From positions 132,675-196,674 of the forward strand of contig CAVPRW010000002.1 in NCBI GenBank assembly GCA_963707985.1: DNA of 64,000 nucleotides, read 5' to 3'. Below are positions 31,829 to 41,059 of the stretch, in pieces (positions within the stretch are counted from its first letter, which is position 1; every line of letters starts with the position of its first letter). Origin of the DNA: an uncultured Nitrospinota bacterium. Lineage in GTDB: Bacteria > Tectomicrobia > Entotheonellia > J063 > CAVPRW01. The translations under genes were made by a program, and so were the position numbers. The notes beneath the pieces are model-generated. The model was not told the origin of the DNA, did no database searches, and was given only the letters and a program-made list of their open reading frames with translations.

Positions 31829-33121
31829 TTAGATGCCGCGATCCATCCCCATATCTACAACCACGTTCCGCTTGGAGATCGAGGACTCGACTCTCTCACG
31901 GAAATCTTCCCACATCGCATCTTTGTCAACGTTGCCTTGGTCAGTCGCTTCCACCAGCTTGTCGCGGAATTCAACGAGAATCCAGTCCTCGCTTCTGCCG
32001 CGTGGCATGTTGAAGAACTCCCGGCCGAAGGCGGGTAGCTGGCCTGGTCCGAAGTAGCCCTTGTCATGCAGCGTGTAGCCCTCAAGGCTATCAGTACCCT
32101 TGCCAAGGACCTGTCCGGTTTCGACGTAGTGCTCCATCACAGCCTGCATGCCGTATTTCTGAATCGGACATACCTTCATGCAGATGCCGCAGCCCAGGTA
32201 GTTGGCCATGACAGGACGGCAGCGCTTGAAGACCAGCTTGTTCTTTTCCACACCGCGATACCAGACCTTCTCTTGCATCAGGGCACGGCCAGGGCAGCGC
32301 TGCACGCAGACCTGGCAGGTCTGGCAGAAATTGTGGATGCCGTAGTCGATCGGCTGATCATAGGTCACCGGCGCGTCGGTGAAGATGATCTGCAGCCGAG
32401 CCCTGGACCCGAAATGAGGCGAAAGCAGCTGTCCATTGGCGCCGAGCGAACCCAAACCGGCCTGCACAAACATCGGGATCATCGGGCCATAGTGCCAGGT
32501 GGGGCCTGACACCTGCACTCTGTAGCCCAGTGACCTGATTAAGTCCGTCAGCGCCATGGCGCGCGGCCCCTGGTTAAAGTAGGTACCCTGGTGGGTTTCC
32601 TCCGCCGCCATGCTGGGGATCGACTGGGTCTTTTCGTAGTCCTGCTCGAGCGCCAGGCAGATGGCGTGAGGCAGATCTTTCCTCATCCCTGGCATGCGGC
32701 TCTGGTACACATAATGGCGGTCGTTACTAGTAAAGCCCACCTCGCCATGACCAAGCTCACGCGCTTTCTGCCGAATGATCTCGGTCACATCCTCGCCGGT
32801 CGGGGTCCCCGTCGGCTCCAGATCGCCGCTGGTCCTCACCCATTCCACAATGGGTTCCATCTCATGTTGATGTTCTTCGGAAAACGCGGCGTATTCCGGT
32901 GAATGACTATTCCGCAGCTTCCGCGCCCATTCGGCCGAGGCGCCCTCGGCAATCGCCATGTTCTCCAGCGGATCCTCTCGGCTGAAGAAAGACACATCGA
33001 TTTCGCGCATGGGAATACCCGGGACGGACACCAGGTCTTTAGCCACAGGAATAACGACATCGGGATCCCCGTGATTCCGACCTGGCCGCTTTACGTAATG
33101 ACTCACTTCTTTCTTCGCCAT
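31829..33121 (-). CDS. Reductive dehalogenase/QueG-like corrinoid 2x[4Fe-4S] protein
   Basis: ARELG..VGFT, AGLGSLGANGQLLSPHFGSRARL..IFTD.P..DQPID, FCQTCQVCVQRCP, C..CGICMKVCP; no Tat motif. Confidence 0.85.
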   Translation of the reverse strand: MAKKEVSHYVKRPGRNHGDPDVVIPVAKDLVSVPGIPMREIDVSFFSREDPLENMAIAEGASAEWARKLRNSHSPEYAAFSEEHQHEMEPIVEWVRTSGDLEPTGTPTGEDVTEIIRQKARELGHGEVGFTSNDRHYVYQSRMPGMRKDLPHAICLALEQDYEKTQSIPSMAAEETHQGTYFNQGPRAMALTDLIRSLGYRVQVSGPTWHYGPMIPMFVQAGLGSLGANGQLLSPHFGSRARLQIIFTDAPVTYDQPIDYGIHNFCQTCQVCVQRCPGRALMQEKVWYRGVEKNKLVFKRCRPVMANYLGCGICMKVCPIQKYGMQAVMEHYVETGQVLGKGTDSLEGYTLHDKGYFGPGQLPAFGREFFNMPRGRSEDWILVEFRDKLVEATDQGNVDKDAMWEDFRERVESSISKRNVVVDMGMDRGI

Positions 33122-33555
33122 GATTAATCCCCTCCGTAAAATGGGTTACTCGACAGCGCACGCACGCTGATTGGTCGTATCATATCCAAGTCGCTGGCCA
33201 TATACAAGCATGTAAAAATATAATCCTGTAAGTGATTGCAATATTTGATTATTTTTATACGGCTTGCACACCGCCAAACGTGTCACACATGTCATCAGGA
33301 TGCACAGCATGGTTTTTCGGCTGCCGCTATCACAGCTCACACCTGGACGAAGCACAGGGCATCTCGCCAGCCCCGACTTTTTCACGGCCACTCTACAGCC
33401 ACCGCCGACACGAAGATCCAGCCGTAACGGGTGAGCATTGGGATGTTGCGCGGTCGTGTCCCGAGACGATTTTTCCCTTTCTCTCATTGAGACGAGGAAT
33501 TGGTAGGGAGACCGCATCGGAAAAGCATGACGGGCACGTGGCAGTGGCCATCCGC

Positions 33556-33584
33556 TTGACAACCGGCCTGGGTCTCCCTATAGT
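33556..33584 (+). promoter_or_regulatory. sigma70 promoter
   Basis: TTGACA-17 nt-TATAGT upstream of the hydrolase. Confidence 0.75.
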
Positions 33585-33692
33585 TGCGGGCCGTCGGAGG
33601 CTGTCAGGTCTCCTCGGCCTGGCAGGCTCGGACTGCAAGTTAGCCCAGATACGGAAGTCAAGATCCAAGGCCCTCAGGGGGACGATAATCCT

Positions 33693-34469
33693 ATGCCATT
33701 TATAGACCTTCCAGGCGTCCACCTCTGGTATGTCGACAGCGGCGGCCAAGGCGTACCAGTCGTCTTCATGCATGCTGCGTCAGGCACCTGCGAGAGTTGG
33801 GACCCCCAACTGCCGGCATTCACCGCGGCAGGCTACCGATGTATCACCTACGACCGGAGAGGTTGGGGGCGTTCGCGACCCGATCCAACCGGGGAGCAAC
33901 CGGGGTACGTCAGCGACGACCTGCAGCGCTTGGTGGATCACTTAGGCCTTGACCGTTTCCATGTGGCTGCGACTGCAGCCGGGGGGATCGGCGCCTTGGA
34001 CTATGCGCTGTCGCATCCGGAGCGGGTCCGAAGCCTTGTGGTGGCCGACAGCATTGGGGGCGTGCAGGATCAGGAATATCTGGAGGTACAGCACCGACTC
34101 CGGCCTCCGGAAATTCAGGCGCTGCCATGGGAGCTGCGAGAGCTCAGCGCCGGCTATCGTGGCACGAACCCCGAGGGGGCCCAACGCTGGATTGCGATTG
34201 AGCGCGGAAGTCGCCTGGAAGGAGCACCAGGGCCGGCGCAACAGCCGCGGTACCCGATGACGTTGGCACGACTCGAGACATTACAGGTGCCAACACTCGT
34301 GCTCGCTGGCGAAGCCGACCTCGTCTCGCCACCGGCGCTGATGCGGATATTGGCGGCGCATATCCCCGATTGCCAATTTGCGACTGTGGCTGAGGCTGGT
34401 CACGCAGCGCATTGGGAGCAGCCGGGGATATGGAACCGTCTGGCACTGGAATTTCTTGGTCGGCATTAG
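33693..34469 (+). CDS. Alpha/beta fold hydrolase (atypical nucleophile elbow ATAAGG)
   Basis: YDRRGWGRS, HPERVRSLVV, PTLVLAGEAD, AGHAAHWE. Confidence 0.9.
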   Translation: MPFIDLPGVHLWYVDSGGQGVPVVFMHAASGTCESWDPQLPAFTAAGYRCITYDRRGWGRSRPDPTGEQPGYVSDDLQRLVDHLGLDRFHVAATAAGGIGALDYALSHPERVRSLVVADSIGGVQDQEYLEVQHRLRPPEIQALPWELRELSAGYRGTNPEGAQRWIAIERGSRLEGAPGPAQQPRYPMTLARLETLQVPTLVLAGEADLVSPPALMRILAAHIPDCQFATVAEAGHAAHWEQPGIWNRLALEFLGRH

Positions 34470-34667
34470 GCAGCAGCGGTATTGGGCGTCAGACATATCG
34501 TCGCCCGACTGTACCTCGTCCCCTTCAGAGGGGAGCACAGCATGGATGCCGCTCATCTACCGCATGCCAATCCGCTCCCAACCTCCTACTCCCGGTGATG
34601 AACCCAAGACTCACACCTGTAGCTCAGAATCGACTTCGAGCATGCGGCGCCACTTGAAGAGGGGAAG

Positions 34668-35084
34668 CTATGCCGGCTCAAACATCGGTAGCGAGAGCTC
34701 GCCTTCGCCCTGGTCCTCCCAACGCAGCTTGACGCGCATGCCACAGCGAATGTCCTTGGTAGGATCATTGACGCCGACAATGTTGGTCATGATGCGAAAG
34801 CCCTCGTCGAGATCGACGTATGCCACTGCGTATGGTCCCAACTCAGCAAAGGCTGGATGCCTACTCTGCATGATGACGCTATATGTATAGACGCTGCCTT
34901 GACCCTGTGAGCTGCGCCGGGTCAACGCCATCGAGCCGCACGAGGTGCAGTGCCGGCGCGAATAAAAGACAACGGCGTGGCACGTATCGCACGTTTGATA
35001 GGTCAATTCGTGACGTTTTGTCGCCTCCCAGAAAGGCTGCGTATCGGGTTCGGGGAAACGAGGCTGTGGTCGCTTCGCTGGCAT
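34668..35084 (-). CDS. DUF35 Zn-ribbon/OB-fold protein
   Basis: PFWEA, CDTC..CTSCGS, G.VYTYS, PYAVAYVDLDEG. Confidence 0.92.
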   Translation of the reverse strand: MPAKRPQPRFPEPDTQPFWEATKRHELTYQTCDTCHAVVFYSRRHCTSCGSMALTRRSSQGQGSVYTYSVIMQSRHPAFAELGPYAVAYVDLDEGFRIMTNIVGVNDPTKDIRCGMRVKLRWEDQGEGELSLPMFEPA

Positions 35085-35129
35085 CGTCGTCTGTCTCCTC
35101 ACTTATGCTGCGGCCTGTATGCCTATATG

Positions 35130-36320
35130 TTAGTCGGCGGCAAGGATCGTCACAGCGGTGGCGTGGCGCGAACCGAGCTGACCGCCATTGCCTACCGCAA
35201 CCGCCAGCTTGGCATCCCTGACCTGTGACGTCGATTCTCCCCGCAACTGCCGCGTGGCTTCGAGAAGCAAGAAAATGCCACGCTGGCCCGGATGATTCGA
35301 CGACAAGCCGCCGCCGTCGGTATTCAGCGCTGGCTTACGCGGATCGTCGAAGACCAGGTGACCGTCGCCGACGTATGCGCCGCCCTCCCCCTTCTTGCAA
35401 AAGCCCAGGTCTTCGATGAGGCACATGACGGTAATGGAGAAGGAGTCGTAGGCCATCAGGACATCGATCTCGGCAGGCGTCACCCCCGCTTCACCGAAGG
35501 CTATGGGCGCAGCCTGGGCTCCGGCACTGACGGTGATATCGCCATTATTCTCGCGATACTTGGTCGCCTCGCCGCAGCCGATGATCCACACTGGCTTCTT
35601 GCGGACGTTACGAGCTACGTCGGGCGAGGCGATAATCACGGCACCGCCACCATCTGAGACCATGCAACACTCCAGCAGCCGCAGAGGATGGGCGATCAGT
35701 CGCGATTCGAGGACATCCTGGACGGTGATGTCGCGCACGCCGACGAACTCGAGATCGGTCATCGCCTTGACCGCCTCGGGATTCCGCATGGCATGCCGGC
35801 GCGTGGCCACGGAGATGGCGGCAAACTGCTCATTGGTGGTGCCGTATTGGAACATGTGTCGGGTCTTCACCATGGCGTAATTGCCGATGAGGGTAAGGCC
35901 CCAGGGGTCTTCCATATTGTTGATCGGCGTGGCGGGACCAACTCCGGTGGCGCCGGCGGTGCCGATGGCACGGCGATCAGAATGGGCCGATGAGCCATAG
36001 GTGATCAACGCCACGTTGCACTTGCCGGCCGCAATCATGGTGCGGGCGTGATTGGCCTGGAACTCGAAGGAACTCCCACCGACGTACGTGGTATCGATGA
36101 TCCGAGGTTTGAGACCAAAATATTCCGCAATGCCAAGGCCGCCGATGCCCTGATCGCCGCCAGTGTCATAGACAGCATCAACATCGCTCCACCTCAGGCC
36201 GGCGTCTTCTATCGCCTTCGATGCGGACTCAGCTTTGATTTGCAGAGGACTGATACCGGGAGCCACCCGCAGGGGGTACTCATAGATCCCAACGATGGCG
36301 GCGTCTCTTTGCTGCGGCAT
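35130..36320 (-). CDS. SCP2/Ltp2-type thiolase-like protein
   Basis: VGGSSF, ECCMVSDGGGA, YDSFS, EDLGFCKKGEGG, NTDGGGLSSNHPG. Confidence 0.9.
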   Translation of the reverse strand: MPQQRDAAIVGIYEYPLRVAPGISPLQIKAESASKAIEDAGLRWSDVDAVYDTGGDQGIGGLGIAEYFGLKPRIIDTTYVGGSSFEFQANHARTMIAAGKCNVALITYGSSAHSDRRAIGTAGATGVGPATPINNMEDPWGLTLIGNYAMVKTRHMFQYGTTNEQFAAISVATRRHAMRNPEAVKAMTDLEFVGVRDITVQDVLESRLIAHPLRLLECCMVSDGGGAVIIASPDVARNVRKKPVWIIGCGEATKYRENNGDITVSAGAQAAPIAFGEAGVTPAEIDVLMAYDSFSITVMCLIEDLGFCKKGEGGAYVGDGHLVFDDPRKPALNTDGGGLSSNHPGQRGIFLLLEATRQLRGESTSQVRDAKLAVAVGNGGQLGSRHATAVTILAAD

Positions 36321-36548
36321 ACGCGACTCCTTTCGAAGTGAAGACATGTCGACTCAAAATTCGCCGCCACGGTAGCATAGGGGCCTGGAGGAGGTCAACT
36401 CTAGGTTAGAGCCATTGAGCCCCGGGGGCAAATCTCCCTCACTTTTTTTCTCACCGTCAAGGTGCTATGATCGCTCGGTCGCTTCCTGTGCCCGGCGGGC
36501 AATGGGGCGTAGCTGGGTGGCACAACATGTGGCAAAGGGGGCCTTGCA

Positions 36549-37532
36549 ATGCATTATCGCACCTTAGGACAGACAGGGTTGCAGGTTTCAGAGGTGGGAC
36601 TCGGCGCCATGCCCTTTGGGGGTATGGTCACTCAGGCGGATGGCACGCAGTTCGGTTGGACCGGCACAGAGGATCAAGAGTTAATCGCCCTCGTACACCA
36701 TAGTGAAGCGTTAGGCGTCAACCTGCTCGACACGGCTGAGGCCTATGGCAATGGACATGGGGAAGCTGTCGTCGGCGAGGCCCTGCAGGGTCGGCGCCAC
36801 AAGTGGATTATCGCGACGAAAGTGCGCCCCAATCAAGGGATCGGCGCTGATACACCCGATGAGGCCGCCGTCCGCAAGCGGATTACCGAGGCGTGCGAGC
36901 AGAGTTTGCAGCGTCTGCGCACTGACTATATCGATCTCTACCAACTCCATGCCATTCCCTACCCCTGGGCGATGCCCATCGCCATGGCGACGCTCGCACA
37001 ATTGCGCGCGGACGGCAAGATCCGCTGGTACGGCATCTCCACCAATAACCGCGAGGCGGTCGACCGGCTACGTGCTTACGGACCTCTCCACGTACTGCAG
37101 ATTGGCTACAATTTGCTTGAACGCCAGGCCGATCCCCTCCTGCATTGGGCCCAAGCTGAGAATATCGGTACGCTTATTCGCGTGCCGCTGGCCAAGGGTA
37201 TGCTGACGGGCAAGTATTCTGGTCCGCAGGCGGTTGCCATGCCCCCAGGCGATCATCGCTATGAGCGCTTCCAGCAACCAGGCACGGCGGATGGGTTGCA
37301 GAAGTTGCCCCAACTTGGCTTTCTACAGACACCTACGCGGTCGATGGTGCAAGCTGCCCTGCGCTTCGTGCTTGATCATCCCGGCGTGTCATCGGTCATC
37401 GCCGGCGCCAAGACTCGTCAGCAAATCGAAGAAAATATTGGCGCCTCGGCCTTGCCGCCACTCGCCCCCGAGGAGTGTGCCAAGGCCATGGGCATTGCTG
37501 ATACGATTGGCACGCCCAACTGGAGTCGATGA
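36549..37532 (+). CDS. Aldo/keto reductase
   Basis: VSEVGLG, DTAEAYG, IATK, SLQRLRTDYIDLYQLH. Confidence 0.93.
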   Translation: MHYRTLGQTGLQVSEVGLGAMPFGGMVTQADGTQFGWTGTEDQELIALVHHSEALGVNLLDTAEAYGNGHGEAVVGEALQGRRHKWIIATKVRPNQGIGADTPDEAAVRKRITEACEQSLQRLRTDYIDLYQLHAIPYPWAMPIAMATLAQLRADGKIRWYGISTNNREAVDRLRAYGPLHVLQIGYNLLERQADPLLHWAQAENIGTLIRVPLAKGMLTGKYSGPQAVAMPPGDHRYERFQQPGTADGLQKLPQLGFLQTPTRSMVQAALRFVLDHPGVSSVIAGAKTRQQIEENIGASALPPLAPEECAKAMGIADTIGTPNWSR

Positions 37533-37807
37533 GCGGTGATTGCACCCTCATGCACAGCTAAGGAAGGAAAAATTGGCTCGGGCGCTGCTCAAGTCCTATT
37601 GGTCAATATGGCGATGCGAAGATGAGGGAGGAGGAAATCGGGTGAAGGCCACACCGAGCGAAAGTTTAGCCTACCATCTTGAAGCAAAATCTGCTACGTT
37701 CGCCTCACATTTCCAGGGCAGGTGATGGCCGTGTCAACATGATTGCGCATCGCACCGTCCTCCCTCGCCAGGAGACGACAGCCGTTGGGCTGGAGGAGTA
37801 CAGCTGT

Positions 37808-38240
37808 ATGGATGATAAGCAGCCAATGGTGTTCGAGGAACTACCTAGCGGGGAAGAGTACGCTGATGAGTATGTCCTTACCCCCGAACTGGCGCGGGAC
37901 TACGCCGAAGGCATTGAGGACGCCAATCCGTGGTACCTTGAACACTCCCCGTTTGGCGGTCCCGTGGCCAATCCAATCTTGATCGTAGCACAGCACACTC
38001 GTCTCTTCAAAACCAAATATCTTACGGCGGGACATGTGCACACTCGCCATGAGACCCAGTTTTTGAACCCTGCTCGCATTGGGAAAGTTATCAGGATGAC
38101 AGGCAAGCTGGTGGGGAAATATCTCAAACGTGGCCGCGAGTACCTGGTCATGGAGTGCCAGTCCATCGACGAGGATGGTATCGAGAATCTGCCGCGACCG
38201 CCGCACGATCATCACGCATTATGCTAAACGTCCCGAGTGA
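37808..38240 (+). CDS. MaoC-like hotdog dehydratase subunit, frameshift near 38185
   Basis: YAEGIED.NPWY..SPFGGPVA.P, H..HETQFLNP, KRGREY; out-of-frame end ICRDRRTIITHYAKRPE*. Confidence 0.8.
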
Positions 38241-38250
38241 GGAACCGCCT

Positions 38251-38664
38251 ATGCCTAGCACCGCAGAGGAACTGGTTATCGGCCAGGAGATTGAGGCCAT
38301 CGTCAAGCACATGACGATTGAGCGCATGAGTCGCCCACTCATAGCAGGGGGTAACCCCATTCATTACGATCCGGCCTTCGCTAAGAACGCCGGGCTCCCG
38401 GCACCGATCGCGACCGGGGTGATGTCATCCGCTTTTCTGTCGGAGATGCTGACCAAAGCCTTCGGCATCGATTGGATTCGTAGTGGTTCGATCGATGTGA
38501 AGTTCATCCGGCCGATCTATGCTGGAGACACGGTAACCGGGCACGGCCGGATCACCGGCAAGAGCGAGACCAGCACCGGTGTGCGCATTGCTCTGGAGAT
38601 CTGGTGCGAGACCCAGCGCGGCGAGCCGGTGACGGTGGGCACAGGAAGTGTGGTGGTGCGCTGA
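38251..38664 (+). CDS. MaoC family dehydratase
   Basis: NPIHYDPAFAKNAGLPAPIATG, KFIRPIYAGDTV. Confidence 0.9.
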   Translation: MPSTAEELVIGQEIEAIVKHMTIERMSRPLIAGGNPIHYDPAFAKNAGLPAPIATGVMSSAFLSEMLTKAFGIDWIRSGSIDVKFIRPIYAGDTVTGHGRITGKSETSTGVRIALEIWCETQRGEPVTVGTGSVVVR

Positions 38665-39371
38665 TGGCCACGGACGAAGCACGCACAGATGACCCTTCTA
38701 AGCCGCCACGCCTGAGCTTCTACCGCGTCGCACCGGCCGGGGTCGGTGTCGTTCCTCAGGGTCGACGCCTCGGCATCCTTAGTGCGGCGTTCAATCCGAT
38801 CACGCGGGCGCATGTGGCCCTGGCGCAAAGTGCCTATGACCACTATCAGCTGCACGAAGTGCTGTTCGTTCTGCCCATCACCCAACCCCACAAATTGATT
38901 CATGACGCCCCTGTCGCGGCACGCTTGCACATGATCAATCTGGCCGTGCAAGGTAACTCTGCCTTCGCGATTGGGATGTGCACCCACGGATTATTCATCG
39001 ATATCTGTCGCGCCGCGACAGCAGCCTACCCACCGCAGACACGCCTGTGGTTTATCAGCGGCCGCGACGCAGCAGAGCGTATTCTGACCTGGCCTTACCC
39101 CGATCCTGCAAAGGCGCTCGGCGAGCTCTTCGCACAGGCGGAACTGCTCGTGGCTGACCGCGAGGGTGCCTTTGTGCTGCCGGATACCGCCATTGTCAGA
39201 GACTATGCCGATCACGTCCATCATCTACCGTTGCCAGCCGAATATAGCCACGTCTCAGCGACAGAAATCCGCACCCGCCTGGCCAAAGGTGAAGAGGTCA
39301 GCGAGCAGGTACCACCAGCAGTCTTGGGTTACATCCGGAAACAACTTCTCTATCGACAGGGGGAGGGGTAA
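38664..39371 (+). CDS. NadD-like nucleotidyltransferase
   Basis: SAAFNPITRAH, FISGRD, VSATEIR, VPPAV..YI....LY. Confidence 0.8.
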   Translation: MATDEARTDDPSKPPRLSFYRVAPAGVGVVPQGRRLGILSAAFNPITRAHVALAQSAYDHYQLHEVLFVLPITQPHKLIHDAPVAARLHMINLAVQGNSAFAIGMCTHGLFIDICRAATAAYPPQTRLWFISGRDAAERILTWPYPDPAKALGELFAQAELLVADREGAFVLPDTAIVRDYADHVHHLPLPAEYSHVSATEIRTRLAKGEEVSEQVPPAVLGYIRKQLLYRQGEG

Positions 39372-39420
39372 GGGATGTTGCGGGGCCTTCTCCCAGAGGG
39401 AAAGGATACTCGTCGCGCAC

Positions 39421-40713
39421 TCACGCATGAAATGGCATCACCCCGCCGATGCGTTCATAATCCTGGGCGGGATCCTCAACCTGCACCACATTGCCTAGTA
39501 GGCCGTCGTTGATAACCACCGACGGCTTGCGTGGGACGCTTGGAAGCTCATTGCCTACCACCTGCGCGAGTACCTCGTTTTCCGTCGCTTCTTCCTGGGC
39601 TTCTGCGACGCCGCCCTGAATGAAAATCGGAATGCCTCCAATGTTGTCGACGCGATTGTGGCTAATCAGCGCGCGCACCTGATTGCCATATGCACCGTAA
39701 CCATGATAGCCAATGCCCCCGATCACCCGCACCGCATGCCCCTGCATGGCGCTGATCAGGTTGCCCACGATGGTCGCATCGAGCCGATTACCCTCGGCCG
39801 GTCCGAAACCACCGAAGAGCGCAATGCCCTCAGCGCTGTGGTGGCACTCGTTATCGAAGATCCGGATATGGAGATAGCTGTCACTAATTAGCGTCGTTGC
39901 CAGTGGCCGTGCTGCCTGGGCGACGATGGCATACTCAGTGTTGTCACGGATGATGTTACGGCGCACGTCGATCATCACCTCATGACGTGAAGCACTGAAC
40001 GAGGCGGCGATCGTCACTCCACGACGCTCACTTTGCTCGATCAAATTGTCGATGACACTGACATCCATTGACACTCCGGCGGGCTCATCGAAAAACACGA
40101 CCATGGCAATGCCATCAGCGAAGGCACGGGTCAGAGTATTGTCGACGATGATCACGCGATTGTCCACACCGCCTTTACCCTGCACAAAGATATGATGGCC
40201 CTGGCGGCCCTGCACACCGCGCGGAGTCACAGGAGAGAAGCGCTTCGTGCCGTTGTCGACGAAGATGTTATCCTTGATCACCACTTCATGCGGTCCTGAA
40301 ATAAGCACCCCATGCTGGCCATGGCCACGTATCAGATTACGTGTGATCAGGACACGTGCGCCCGGCTGGGTACTGACCCCATTGCCACCGCTGTTGATCA
40401 CGGCCATGCCGCTCAGGACGCTGCCATCTCCTAGAAGCACGAGGCTCTCCCCTGCGCGTACCGGGCGAAAGGAGACATCCATGACGCCTTCACCATCGAT
40501 GCTGCTGTCGCTCTGTCCCACCCCGGCCAGGGTGACACCTGGCGGTACGTACAGAGGGAAGCGCTCGCGGGTTTGCGATGGCGAATAACGACCGGAGCCT
40601 ACCAGGACTGTATCACCACTGACGGCCTGCTGGAGGGCGGCACTGATCGACGCGTATGAGGCGGTCAGATCACTGGTTGAGACATACAGCAGACGTGGCA
40701 TGATCACAGGCAT
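39421..40713 (-). CDS. DUF1565 / right-handed parallel beta-helix protein
   Basis: SISAAL..A.SGDTVLV.SG.Y..E.FPL; repeated I..N.I....GI. Confidence 0.75.
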   Translation of the reverse strand: MPVIMPRLLYVSTSDLTASYASISAALQQAVSGDTVLVGSGRYSPSQTRERFPLYVPPGVTLAGVGQSDSSIDGEGVMDVSFRPVRAGESLVLLGDGSVLSGMAVINSGGNGVSTQPGARVLITRNLIRGHGQHGVLISGPHEVVIKDNIFVDNGTKRFSPVTPRGVQGRQGHHIFVQGKGGVDNRVIIVDNTLTRAFADGIAMVVFFDEPAGVSMDVSVIDNLIEQSERRGVTIAASFSASRHEVMIDVRRNIIRDNTEYAIVAQAARPLATTLISDSYLHIRIFDNECHHSAEGIALFGGFGPAEGNRLDATIVGNLISAMQGHAVRVIGGIGYHGYGAYGNQVRALISHNRVDNIGGIPIFIQGGVAEAQEEATENEVLAQVVGNELPSVPRKPSVVINDGLLGNVVQVEDPAQDYERIGGVMPFHA

Positions 40714-41059
40714 GTTGTGGTTCTCCTCAGTAGTCAACGATTGCGTTGATCAGACCTGCCCATGCAGGTCATGGAGCATGACTGGCAATGCTTCAGTCGC
40801 GATACGGGGCTATCAGAGCTGTTGGCCGTGTGGCGCATCGTAACACAGACGTGGTGATGACTGGAAGTCACGCTGGAAAGCCTTGAGCGGAGGATGCAGC
40901 AGGTAGCCGGTCAGTTGCAAACCGCGCGCTCGCATACGGGCGTTATTGCCCGTTCGCATCGAGCCCGGCGTGGCTGCGCCGGGCTGCCGTCGTGCCAACA
41001 GCGTTCAATCTGTTGCAGCAGTCGCTGGCGCAAGCCAGATGGCTGAAGACGGGCACCGC

